A stretch of DNA of 48,875 bases, filler included, from Sphacelaria rigidula (lineage: Eukaryota): the NCBI GenBank assembly GCA_964200075.2. It is 3 parts of 3 records of this genome, joined end to end, with 100 filler letters (N's around TTAATTAATTAA, not from the genome) between each part and the next. Parts side by side here need not be neighbours in the genome. Positions count along the whole stretch, not along the records: positions 32,653 to 48,875 come from CAXNAA020001437.1; 2 more parts are not named here. One strand, given 5' to 3'. The number at the start of each line of letters is the position of its first letter. Within the stretch, counting starts at the first letter, position 1. Positions 35,444 through 47,045 of the stretch are shown one piece after another. The notes beneath the pieces are model-generated. The model did not search any database and was not told the DNA's origin. It saw nothing but the letters and a program-made list of their open reading frames with translations. The position numbers and the translations under genes were made by a program.

Positions 35444-38400
35444 CTTTTTTTGCGATGGGACGGCAGGTGGACATGCGGTGGGATGGCAGGTGAAAATAAT
35501 GCGGTGGGATATGCCAAGTAAGGGAGATTGCGGTGGAATGTACCAAGTAAAAGAGAATGCACTGAAACATGCCAATTGAAGAACAATGTGATGGAGTACG
35601 ACAAAATGAAAAAAACGAGGGGAGAATCCGGGAAAGCGGTGGTCGTGGTACATTAATTTCAGTGGGAGATACAGATACAGATGATACGCTCGACATCAGA
35701 CAGAAAAAGAAAATGCAAAGCATGTTTCAACCCTCGTCGAAAACCCCACGTCGGTTGTTATGGATAGGCGCATGTCAACTCTGCAGCCCACGTTTGCCTC
35801 GTTGAGAGCTGACTTTCTCCCCTATTCGGGTCTGAAAACAGGTTTTTATTTTTGTCAAAAATACTTCAACCCTTTGACAGCCTCGGAACAGTTTCACCCC
35901 AAATGCGGCATCGTCCCTCTGAGGAGAGTTCTCGGCCAAATGGTTGGCGTGTCCTGGGCACACAGCGCCCGTACACGCTGAAAATTCTGCAAGGTATGCC
36001 CCCGCACTATCCAGGACAACAACATATGTACGAAAATACCCCTGTGGCTCGTGTAACTGACACACCAACAGCCAGCTAGGGCGCAAGGATACAGGGGTGA
36101 ACTTCGACAGATGCCGCATTTTTTTTCCGCTCCGTAGAATTGATTTACCCATCAGCTTTGGCCCCCTCCCCCCTTTGCTCCTTTCCTTTCGCCACACTTT
36201 GAACCACTCCCCTTACTCGGGACGACTCGGTGGTCTCAAGGAATCAACACATGTCTCCCCAGTACACGGCTTGCAAAATGGCCTCGTGGATTGGATCAGT
36301 ATCCCCGCACCGCATCAACTCTCATAAAATAAACCCGGTTAACCACTCTTTGTTCATTCACGTATACTCACGCCTTTTCACTGTAGAAAATCATACACTT
36401 CGAAAAAAAAGAAAAACTTTGGGAATCGAACTCACGTTCTCCCACTCTAATGGTGACAGTCAAATCATTACACAATCGGGGCGCGGCTGCACTACCGTGT
36501 GCACATGGAATGAGGTGTGTTCACCACTTGGTCGAAGAATATATTTCTCGCAAACATAGTTTTAAAAAAAACGCTAACCCTAACCCTAGCCCCAACCCAA
36601 GGAATACCGAGAGACCTCGGGCGAGGGGGGTGCGAAGCGTTCCGCAGGCACAAGGTGTGGCGTTGACCTCAAAACCGCGCCGCAGGCACCGATTATGACG
36701 AAAATGCGTTGTGCGCACACGAGGGGCAGTTGAGACTGTCTGCCCCGCCAAATATCCGAATATCGGTGTTTACACTCAAATCAAATAATAAAATTCCGGG
36801 AAACTTCTAATCGACAAAGTGGTAAACACGACTGCATGCAATGCTCGTTCGACGCCAACACACAACCATCGCACATACCTTCTTCTCGAGCTGACTGCTG
36901 ATGTAGCGCATACGGCTGACTACAACCTCCAACGTGGGGCCTTCCGGCCCTCCCAACAGGTGCAGTTCGTCCGCGATGAGTAGAGCCACATCCTTTACAC
37001 CACAAAAGGTACAAAAGCAACACACACGTACACACACGCGCGAATCACGGAAGGGACATGAATTTCGAGTCAAAGGGAGCATCTCAACGACGAAATACTT
37101 GCATGTTTGGATGATCCTCGCTCCCCTCTCCCCCTGCCCCCAACCAAAAAACCCCGGACGCAACTCACATTACAACATCATCCCGAGGCCATCGCTGGAT
37201 ACGCAGCGAATTAAACAATGTGCGAAAATCCATGCATGCATGCATGCATCCATCAATCAATAAACCGATGAATACAAGTTTCTAGAAGTCGCTTCGATGC
37301 GGCAAACATTAAACATTCTTAAACGTAGAAACAGACATCCTTCTGCCCCGTCGGGTAATGTTCCTCGTTTGGTCCGTCACTGAAGTGATCTTGTAATCCT
37401 CCACGAGCGTTGTTCGTCCGCGCGGTAAGCAAGGCAACACAGTATGGCCACGATGCAAAATACTCGTGTTCTGCTTAGATCAGGTACACCCGGAATGTGG
37501 GGGATTATTGGTTGTCACACTAAACCATACCGAAATGTGCACCAGTCATTCGGTGTATTTAGTCCGGAAGGGTATCGAGAGCCTTGTCCCGAACAATCCG
37601 ATATGGTTCTGAAGGGTATTTTTCGATAAAATACCTCTTCTATACTTGTGTTAATACACAAATTCGAGTCGGTATACCTTACAGAACACAACCTTAAGAA
37701 ATATAACTACCAGACTGCACCTACGAAGTGATGGTCACATACAGCATGGCCACTCTGGGCAACACGAAAGAAGGTGAGCATCACCATCAACTTGCGACTA
37801 GGCAAGCCAGCTTTACAGCGAAACTAGAAAAATATAGATATTTGTTAACTACCTGGCGATCCTAACTCTCTCATCTCGGACGATCACTAGATAGAAAAAA
37901 TTTGAATACTCGTAGTATAATGTGTGTTTTATAAGACACGAAGGCTGGCGGTGTACTGCGCATCGACCGGCAATGACCACTGCGGGCGCTGGCACAATGA
38001 GAAGCCAAGGGAGTACCATACCATTGCACCCCAATGAGCCGGGAAGTGATGTCTTGGAGAAAAAAAAGGGAATTCCACTGCTTTGATCATAATCATCGTC
38101 ATTTTTCGGAATAGCACGTTCCTGACGTTCCCAAGTTTCCGTCATTCCGTCCCCCTAGGCAATACCCGCGAGACGTCATCCCGTACGATCAAAAGCATGC
38201 TACAAAAGCTGTCTTTTCTCCAAGAAAACACTCGCTGCAGGACTTCCGACCCGTTCTTGCTTCACGCCACATCTACGAAACCCAGACTCTACAACTAATA
38301 GAGCTTGGAAATTGTACCAGTCATAACTGGTCATCATCATTACAATGGTAATGATGGTAATGGTTATATGAACATTTTGGGTGATGGTTTCAAACCGTTA

Positions 38401-41400
38401 TTTACCGTTACCGGCTACGTATGCTACATACAGCGGTTGAAAATTGGCCCAATTTTGAAGTTTTTTATGTAGCTCTCCTGAAGCCAAATCGCGTAAAACG
38501 TGCCTCCGGCACGGTGTTTACCGCGAGAGGGGGGGGGGGCTTTTTGGCTCGCGGCTGCGCCGCTCGATCACCAAAGCATCATGTACCATTCAAGTGGGTA
38601 ATGGTTGCGCTCGCGTAACCGTTACATTCAACTGGTCAATGGTTAGACGAACGATTTCCACGGTCTAACAACTATTATAGAGTATAAACATAGCACCTGC
38701 GGTAGCCGGTCTTCCGTGGGGACGTACAAGTAGTGTTGCCATGATCAACATTATACCCATCATATTGGTCTTGGTGCTATTGCTGCTGTGATTATTATCA
38801 GTCATCATATTATTTCCGCACAATAGCCCGATCTCTCGAACCCGTAGTCACAGCCGTAGATTACACGCACACTTCGCCTACATAATAGTATATAAATGCA
38901 TCAGAAACAGAACGACCTCGAAAAAGCTTCCCCAACCCACGACCACCCCTACTGCACACACTTGGTTCTGAATGATCGTGGTGTGCCTCCATCATATCTT
39001 CATGCGTGCCACATTGAAGCCACCCCCCCCCCAAAATGCACACAGAAACACACATACAGCCCTTGTTCCTGACCTGCACGTTTTTACGCTGCTTCCAGCG
39101 GCGGCTGAGAGCGTCCCAGTGCTGCGCCGTGGCGACAATGACCTGTCCCCTCTCCAGCAACTTCAAATCCGGCGCAGCTTCACCGGTGAGCTCCACCACC
39201 ACCTTACCGAGGCCTTCCCCAAGGCTCTTACTCCACTCTTTGAACCTCAAATCCGCGATCTGTATTCACAACGGAACGGGGTTCGAACGGTGACGAGGAA
39301 TACAAAACCATGCCAGAGCCATGCCAAGGTAGGTACGCAGGAAATATTCATCAGACTTTAATTGTTACGAGCACTTCATCTCATTTGAAAAAACGACTTG
39401 TGAGATATGCAAGAGCACACCACGACTGACATTCCAATGAGCTAGGGATATCTCGAATGAACTTCAAAACGGGACTGTCCTGACCCATGTTTTCCCGTCT
39501 AGCCCTTGACTTCAACCCTTCGACCTTGAGCGAAGGTCATCTGTTGAGCCAGCATCGATTTCACTAGAAGAATGAATGCATCACCAGCTCGCCTACCGTC
39601 GCGGTCAAAGCGCTGAGAGTCCCTCAACGAGAAACACCTGGGCCCAAGTGTACAGCCTCTACTGTTGCATGATTCACCAGAGTACACCCAGGGAGGTGAT
39701 GAGCGTGGGAACCAGAGAAATATCGCTTCAATGTACGGTTGGCAGGGGATTACTCGCGATTTGTTGCTGCTTTGCTGGTGTACGGAGTATCCCAATCCGA
39801 TCGAAATTGATACTGGCAAATGGTTTCAACTGTTGGGTAGGGCTGCGGAAGAGGGGGGGGGGGGGCAGACACCTCAATACTACTTACGAGAACAGTATCT
39901 GCTTTTTAACATGCTCACGTATTTTTGCAACAATCTCAGTACTCTTTAGACTCCACCTACACTCGAGAGCAGCTGCTACGATCCATTCCGATCCCTTCAC
40001 CCACGCCTAACCCAGTACTCCTTACAGGGGAGGGGTGTACGTATTTGTTGCTTGCCTTAGTCGTTTGATCATTGACCACGCATCTCTTTCGATATGGAGC
40101 ACACTCCTCACAGGGGGGGGGGGGTGTTAACCCAGAACGGCTATAGCTCCACGTCGTGTACATGAAAAAAATGTGTATCTCCCAACAAGCCAATTTTGGC
40201 GATTGAGGGCCGATTTACAGTGGAATATGGGACTTGGCGGATTGTGCCACCTCAAAAAGACTTGCTGTACTCTCCGAGAGGATCATAGCGTCCTTTTAGA
40301 TATTTCGTAGGTCTAGGTTGATTTTCGGTCTGAAAAAAACGATTTCTCGAACATTCCCCCAAGAACGTAGTCGTTCGAGATCGATTTTTCGTGTGTATGC
40401 CAGGACACAAGGGTTTCGTGGATTGTTTGAAAATTACTCTTTCTCGGGGTGAAAAGTCGAACCGGACGTCCGAAAATACCGAAGAAGTGTGTCATAGTCC
40501 TGCTGCAGAGCACAGCAAGCCCTTCCGAGGCTGCACAATCCACAAAGCTCTATATTTCGGCGAAAATCGGCCCTGAATCGCAAAAATAGACTGTTTGAGA
40601 CATTTTTTCGTAGCACATCAATCGACGGGCATAGGCCAATCGACAGTGTCCAAACCTTCCCAGATCGAATTTCACATGGAATCGACACAACCACTGGCCC
40701 CTAGATGAGAAATGCTGCTTGCTGCAAGTCACAAGAACCCATAGCTATGGGCTCACTCGTCACCTCTGGCTTTGGGGCGATGTAGACCGCTCTTCCCGTT
40801 GGGTTAGTATCGAACAACCTGTACAGAGCGAACTCAGCGCACGCTGTCTTCCCACTGCCGGTAGGGGCACACACGAGCACGTTCGCGTCGCCATCGTGCA
40901 GTTCTTGGAACACCTATCGAAATCACATGGAGTCATCCCATGGTAGGTACGGTGGGGGCGCGGGGGCGGGGGGGGAAGGGTGTACTCATGATCATGCATG
41001 CCATAGTCACAAGATCATTGACCTCGCATCCCTACAAGGCCAGGACGGAGCAAGCCGGGTTTGCGCCGAAACAGGTTTGCAGTCATCAACCCCGAAGCGC
41101 CATGATGTATTCGGCGAGTCGCATGAAGGGTAAGCTACATCCTGCTAAGATGTTCGGCATGGATGACAGCTTACAATGAGATGCCTCATTTTTTAGTCTC
41201 GCCACTTCCAGATACAGGCGGAGCTTACACACTGTCTCATGGGTATCTCACCATATGAATACTACTTAGTACGATCATCCTCTTTGCGCGGAGTTGCGAT
41301 TCTCCACCCCGCACACTATGATCTCGCTCGACCACCATCATTAACACCGCAACCCCCCCCCCCCCCCGCAAGAACCCCGCTAACGTGGTTGCCTAGCTTA

Positions 41401-44400
41401 TGCAGTGAGTGACGTGTTTTACGGCGTCGTTGTCAACCGACCCCAACCCTCAAAAGCGAAGGCGGGGGGGGTGTACCCATGATATTGCATACCGTAGTCA
41501 TGAGAACATTGATCTCGCATGCTCAAAGGACCGGGACGGGGCACTCCGGATCTTTGCTGGACCAGGATCGCAATCACCAAGCGCGAATCGCCGATGTGTA
41601 GCCAGGTCGGGTGTCTGTTCAATCGATCCAGGGGTTAGTAAAACAGGCTCGATGGGGGGAACGACCGGAGCCAACAACGATGCGTCCGGCTTTGAACAGC
41701 CAGCTTCCAGCACTGAGGCAGTAATCATTGCATATAACAGAACGTTAGCGTGAGAAGTTGCAGCCTAAGGGATTGCGCGTTTGGAAAGAAGCCCACGGAC
41801 TCCTCATTGAAATCCGATGTAGGCAATGTCTATTGCCTCTGTGCTGGAAGGTGGTTGTTTCAAGCCCGACGCATCCTTGTCAGCTCCGAACGTCCCCGCG
41901 ACCGAGCCTGTTGCACCAGCCCCCGAACCAATTGAACCCACGCTCGAACCGGTGCTTTGGGGCTCGAACCCGTAACCTTCCATCCTATTATAGCTCACCG
42001 TTGATGTATGTATTGCTCAGACTATCAGAACAACTTTTCACCAGACAAAAGTTCTATGCGACGTTAGTGGTTGAAACTATAAATAGTACTTGCAAGACAT
42101 TCTCAACGAAGCCAACGTATTTCATTTTCACCACCACAACCACCACCAAAAACAAATTCTAGGGAAAAAACAAACAAACAAGAAAAATCGATGAATTCAC
42201 GATCCATCACTTTCTGTCCACCTGCTACATACTTGTGCGGCATGCGTCGCGTCGTAGCAATACCCCAATCGCCCAACATATCGCCCTCAAGAACAGCACA
42301 GCCACGCCTGCAGCACAGTGCAGCCATGGTGTGTACAGTATCGGGATTGTGCATGTGCCGAACTAATGGCATTAAACATCCAGGAGCACTTCATTTTTTT
42401 CGAGAGGGCGGGAGATTTTCAGATTGGAAACGGAAATCTACATCGTGTTCGAGGAGTAGGAGTGCATGTTCCGGACATACACAAAAACGCAAATATAAAA
42501 AAAAACGAAAGTTCGAAAGAAGGAGAACCAGTCAGCCGGATAAGGCGAGGGAGTTAGCTTTATTCCTCCGAGCAGGCAGCCGCATAGATTAAAAAAAAGT
42601 CGAAAAATCTCGGAGGTCTGAGAGAAGGAGGGGGAAGGGGTCACTACGCTGCTCAAAGACAAATTCTGGTATTTCTGGTTGATGATCGAAAACCGAGTGT
42701 ACCTGTTAGAGGGTTGGGGGAGTGAGTGGAGGACCACAGCCGAGGTATAGCCTAAGGACTGGAACACATCATGCTTCAAGGGGGACACTCCAGGGGGAAC
42801 AGACCAAACATGTAGAGAACACTTGCTTGTACCGGGGAGTGTATGAAAAGTTGGTATGTTCTACATGTTTTCATACGTAGGACAGAACATGATCCATCTG
42901 AAAATGACTTTTCCTCAGTATACTGATCTGGATCGATCCGGATCATTGGGCCCCCAATTCGATGTCTGCTCCTCACAAGCGCCGGACGCCGAGCACGCCG
43001 TGTAACGCAAAGATTGCACATATATTGTGTTTTTGGACCAACAGATTTGAGAGTCTTCTTTTATTAGCTCTTTCGGACAGATCATGATCTGTTTGACGTG
43101 TGCTTGGTTTGACCGCGCGCACCATACACGCCGCCGCGCCCCGGTAGTGGCCAGACTAATAATCTTGCAATTTGTACAGCATTTGGCTTCCGCTATCGGG
43201 AAGCTGAAGACGTGAGTAGCAGCATCGAAGATTGGATGCAGGTTGGCGGGCTGAGGGAGTGCTAGGACTGTATCTTGCGGTTGTTATTTTTTTGTTGGGG
43301 CGGGGAGGCGTTTTTCTCCAGTTGTGGGGAAATTTGACACAGTTTTCGGCCCCCAAGCGGGGAATATCGCCATCGCACGTCTTGGGACACTTTGCATCAC
43401 CTCAGTGAGAGGAATCTATGCCTTCGTTTCCGATTCGTTTGACTCCGAGATTCCGAGCATGATGTCCGAACAAAAATCTAGCCGGGTATGAAAAAATACG
43501 GTTTCGGAGTAAATATGTACTGTTTTTTCATCATCATTTTTACACATCGTGCTCACATTTTTTCACGCCCAACTGGATTTCTCTTCAAGGGCCATTTCTC
43601 GACAGCTCGAGCCAAGCGAAAGGGAAAAGCGGGCTAGAAAACTCTCTGTGGGGTGATGCAAACTGTCCACGACATTTGATCCTCGTTGCGATATTCCCTG
43701 TTTGAGGACCCAAGATTGGATCAAATGTTCCGAAACTAAAAAATGCCCCTCCTCCCCACCAAGAAACCAACTGTAAAAACCGGTATGAGGGATCTAATGT
43801 AGAGGACATTTTTTTCAGTTTTTCCCGACTTTTACTCCCCAAATTGGAATGTTTACGCGGCTTCTCCCCCCCAAAAGCTGAAAAGAAATTCGACGCTAGA
43901 TTTTGCGAGAAATCTGGAGTCAGTGTTGAAGTGATCTATTGCCTGACCTGGTCAAGAAGTCTGGTTTCAAGGTTATGTTCCGAAAATTTCGGACATCAAG
44001 GGGGGGGGGGGAAGTCCCGTAAATAATACCCCTGAGCCAATGTTTGAAAACGGATCGTCAGGAAAGGAAGGCACCAGCGATATGGGTCCACCCCTTGAAA
44101 CTCCGGGGATTACATTGGGCGGCAGCTGCATGCTGCCAACATACTTGCTAGTTCACGACTACTTGATCGTACACAGTTCTTCTGACCAGCTCCCCAGTAC
44201 TTGATGGTAAACCGATTCCTCACGACCTGGTGACAAACTGGTTCTTAATTGAACCAGTCCCCAACGGCCTGCCAAAGACACTTTTTTTCTTCAAACCTGC
44301 TGTCCAACAACTTGGTAGTCAACTCGGTTGTTCTAATACCACACCTGCGTCTGAATGGGGTTGAAGAACGTAATCCCTCGGTTCGCGTACACGGACTCGT

Positions 44401-45969
44401 ATTCCGGGTTCTTGAGCGCAGACACCGGCAGAGGCTGCAAGTCCAGCAGCTCATCATGAGGGGGGTACTTGGCAGGCAGAATGAGGTTGCGGAAAGATAC
44501 AGGGAGGACTGCCTCGCTGTGCATCCACCTGGGATGACGACATACAAAAGAGAGAGTAAGACGAGCAATGAGTAGTGACCACAACGGCCAACTCTACGAG
44601 CGGCAGGATCAGGCTACGGAAACACACGGACCGAACGAATTTGCCTCGCTGTGTATCCACCTGAGGTGATGACCGACGCAGGGTCTCGACAAGCAAAGGC
44701 GACATGAACTACAAAAGGACAGGCAAACAACAAAGCAAGCAGACGAAGGATACACAAACACAAACGACAGATCGAAGTAGAGAAGAGCACTCCCTGCTTG
44801 TTAGGAAAAAAGAGAAGAGGTGGATGAGCAAACCTCTTCTTTTCAACAGTTTGAATAAAAAAGCATACCTTGAACAACATATGTTATTGTGTCAACGTGC
44901 ACTGTCTACGGTATCGAATCTGTAGTCTAATTTTTTGCCAATGTAGGTTTTTGTCGTCGTCCATGGTGTGCTACACAGAAGATTGACACAACGAAATATG
45001 TTGTCGAGCAGCAGCAGTAGCAGCAGCAGTAGCAGAGCAACAACGAATAACAAAGCACGCACCTATCCGAGATGACCTTGATGAAGTAGTTGGGCGGAAG
45101 CGGGTCTTTGATGGGCACAGTGAAGGACACCGTGTGCTCCTTCTCGGAGTACTGCTTCTTCACCATGAAGGGCTCGTGGTGCAGAATTTTCTCGCCGTCG
45201 ACATCCTCCACGATAATCCAAAACAGAACAGCATAGTCGTGAACCTGACCATGCGCAAAGACACCGGAGGGGGTACGTCACAATATGGACCGTACTTCCT
45301 TCTTTCGACGTCCCTTGGCCGATTGAGGCCCGTTTTGGACTACCCCTTCTCTGACACACTCCTGTGAAACTTCTCCATCGCCACCAAAAGAAGAGTAAAA
45401 CAAAAAAAGGTTACACATTTAATTTAGTGTAACTCACGAAAGTGTAAACGATGACCCTGTTTTTTCCAGCGCTTAGAACGGACCTTACTTACATATTCTG
45501 TTTCTCCTTACATTCTTTGTCAGGTTATATATTGCTTTTTGGTGCGGAGGGCACTCACGAATAGCGGGTACGTCCCGCCTCGACAAAGGACAGGGCATCA
45601 CCGGGCTAAAACCGACCAAGAACATAAAAATATGAAATTCAACGAGATGTGCGGAACTATTGATACCAATCTTCGGCAACAGATGAAAATGCAGGACGAA
45701 ACACACACCAACAGAGAGATGGATTGATTCATCCCTGGAAATCGTGTGGTCAACACGCACACCGACGAAGCGCTTCTCGCAATACCTTTTCGTCAAACAA
45801 GAAGTCCGGCGTGATGGTCAGCTCCACCCTCAGAAGGGCACGCGTGATCGGCTGGACGCTAGCTGCCAGCTCCACGCGGGGAAACTGGTGAACCAATCGG
45901 TGCAGGGTCTTGCCCATGCGCGGGAGCTTGACGAGCTCTCCAAGATCTGCCGGTTTCAGGTCGTAGTAC
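35230..45969 (-). CDS. BRR2: U5 snRNP 200 kDa RNA helicase (BRR2/SNRNP200), partial: complement join(45969..45786,45244..45063,44528..44345,40913..40764,39259..39074,36992..36879,35443..35230)
   Basis: Seven phase-consistent GT-AG exons cover the end of the first Sec63 unit, the linker and the first RecA domain of the second cassette ([19 protein letters not shown]). The 5' and 3' exons were not found in the window. Confidence 0.95.
36198..36487 (-). mobile_element. tRNA-derived SINE, copy 2 (in a BRR2 intron)
   Basis: Collinear with 428-728 (TTTGAACC..TGGTCTCA..CCCGCACCGC.TCAACTC..TTTGTTCA); B box GAGTTCGATTCC. Confidence 0.7.
36879..36992 (-). CDS. BRR2: BRR2 exon ([38 protein letters not shown])
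   Basis: DExH motif II; TAAAG| acceptor, AAG|GTATGT donor; 38 codons. Confidence 0.95.
39074..39259 (-). CDS. BRR2: BRR2 exon (IADLRFKEW...LTGE...[15 protein letters not shown])
   Basis: Contains the diagnostic [16 protein letters not shown]| acceptor, CAG|GTCAGG donor; 62 codons. Confidence 0.95.
40158..40615. mobile_element. Palindromic MITE-like foldback in a BRR2 intron
   Basis: ~190-bp imperfect inverted arms (GCGATTGAGGGCCGATTT..GGATTGTGC..CTTGCTGT vs ACAGCAAG..GCACAATCC..AAATCGGCCCTGAATCGC). Confidence 0.65.
40764..40913 (-). CDS. BRR2: BRR2 exon ([23 protein letters not shown]...YIAPKPE)
   Basis: Walker A motif; GATAG| acceptor, GAG|GTGACG donor; 50 codons. Confidence 0.95.
41617..41937 (-). 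ncRNA. Long intronic stem-loop, candidate miRNA/hairpin-RNA precursor
   Basis: Ungapped ~126-bp arms (41617-41742 / 41812-41937). Transitions between arms favour G:U pairs on the minus (BRR2 sense) strand, 13 vs 5 by hand count. Confidence 0.45.
43270..43780. mobile_element. Palindromic MITE-like foldback in a BRR2 intron
   Basis: Inverted similarity GGGAATATCGC..GGACACTTTGCATCACC (43359-43400) vs GGTGATGCAAACTGTCC..GCGATATTCCC (43652-43698), extending outward. Confidence 0.55.
44345..44528 (-). CDS. BRR2: BRR2 exon ([38 protein letters not shown]...FNPIQTQ)
   Basis: Conserved inter-cassette linker and Q motif; CCCAG| acceptor, CAG|GTGTGG donor. Confidence 0.95.
44597..44662 (-). pseudogene. 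Degenerate duplicate of the 5' part of BRR2 exon 44528..44345, acceptor included (pseudo-exon)
   Basis: CAG|GTGGATACACAGCGAGGCA...GTGTGTTTCCGTAGCCTGATCCTGCCG versus the real CAG|GTGGATGCACAGCGAGGCA...GTATCTTTCCGCAACCTCATTCTGCCT; net +5 nt frameshift. Confidence 0.75.
45063..45244 (-). CDS. BRR2: BRR2 exon ([24 protein letters not shown]...[12 protein letters not shown])
   Basis: Sec63 Ig-like subdomain motif; GTCAG| acceptor, AG|GTGCGT donor. Confidence 0.93.
45786..45969 (-). CDS. BRR2: BRR2 exon ([61 protein letters not shown])
   Basis: Sec63-domain motif; AAACAG| acceptor, AAG|GTATTG donor. Confidence 0.93.
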
Positions 45970-46076
45970 CTGTTTTTGTGGTTTTTTCCTCAAGGTTTTA
46001 GTGCGTGAACGAAATGCGAGACTTGAAAGATCTACGATACTCTTATGTTGGAGAGGGTGACCCACCGTGTGTCACA

Positions 46077-46330
46077 TAGCATGACGTACCGTGGGTTATG
46101 GAGCATGATCTAGCGTGGGTCAATGAGTATGACTCATCTCAGGTTACAGCGCGTGATCTCTCGTAGGCTACGGAGCATGACCTATCATGGGTCAAAGAGT
46201 ATGGCCTGTCGTGAGTTTTACGGAGCATGATCTATCTCAGGTTATGAAGTATGACCCATTTCATGTCACGGAGTATGACATATCGTGGGTCACGGATGTG
46301 ACCTGTCGTGAACTATGGAGTATGACCTAC
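46077..46330. repeat. 24-bp minisatellite, ~10-11 diverged units (consensus ~GGAGYATGAYCTATCRTGGGTYAC)
   Basis: GAG(C/T)ATGA recurs with ~24-nt spacing (e.g. 46101, 46125). Confidence 0.85.
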
Positions 46331-46977
46331 AGAGAGGTATGGATAATGATAAAATCGAATAACCCCAACCTCAATCTCCTCATCATCCAAAGCCCAGTAG
46401 TGCTACGAAGAGTAGTAGAGTTTACCTCTACTCGTCGGCCAATTCCATAGTTGAAAGACACGTGGTTATCAGTGTTGACTATCAACCGTCACACATTCTG
46501 ATCTTTCGGATGCTGACAGTCCAGCTTCATGTGCTTGTTGTCACAGTGCACAGGACGCGCTTTTGCTAAAAAATCGGCGCTTGCGGCGTTAAGTTGCCTC
46601 TGGCAACACACACTCTACATAGGGCGCCCATCGTGCACCTCTCTTGTCCGAGGGTTCTCGGTCTGCCTTGGGTGGCGGTTAGGGTTAGGGCTAGGGCCAG
46701 GGCTAGCCTTCAGCGATCCACAGCAACAACCACGTGAATTGACAACGGGTTGGGGAAAAAGACATTTACGAGCTGGGCCACACGTGAAACGTAAAACCCC
46801 TCAGCACGCAATTTTTCTTTCAGTTTCCCGAATCAACCCGATTTGAGCATATCGCTGTGAACTACAGGCCAACCTGGTCATGCACGCTCTGCCGCTCAAA
46901 AAAAAATGGAATAAATGTACTGCATAGTATACGACCTCAATGACGGAACTAGATGCTGCGAAAAAAAAAGAGTATAT

Positions 46978-47045
46978 ATCGGGATTCGAACTCATGACCT
47001 CCACAACTGGAGTCTCCTGTAACGCTTAGATTACAGGGGCGCAGC
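46978..47045 (-). mobile_element. tRNA-like SINE head
   Basis: Minus strand GCTGCGCCCC...GAGTTCGAATCCCG, similar to the heads of the other two SINEs; body poorly conserved. Confidence 0.4.

Noticed and set aside
36573-36598. True or interstitial telomere
   Set aside because: Only 3-4 degenerate units, embedded in a dispersed repeat.
46077-46330. CRISPR-like array
   Set aside because: The units are contiguous diverged tandem copies without unique spacers; the context is a eukaryotic intron with no cas genes.
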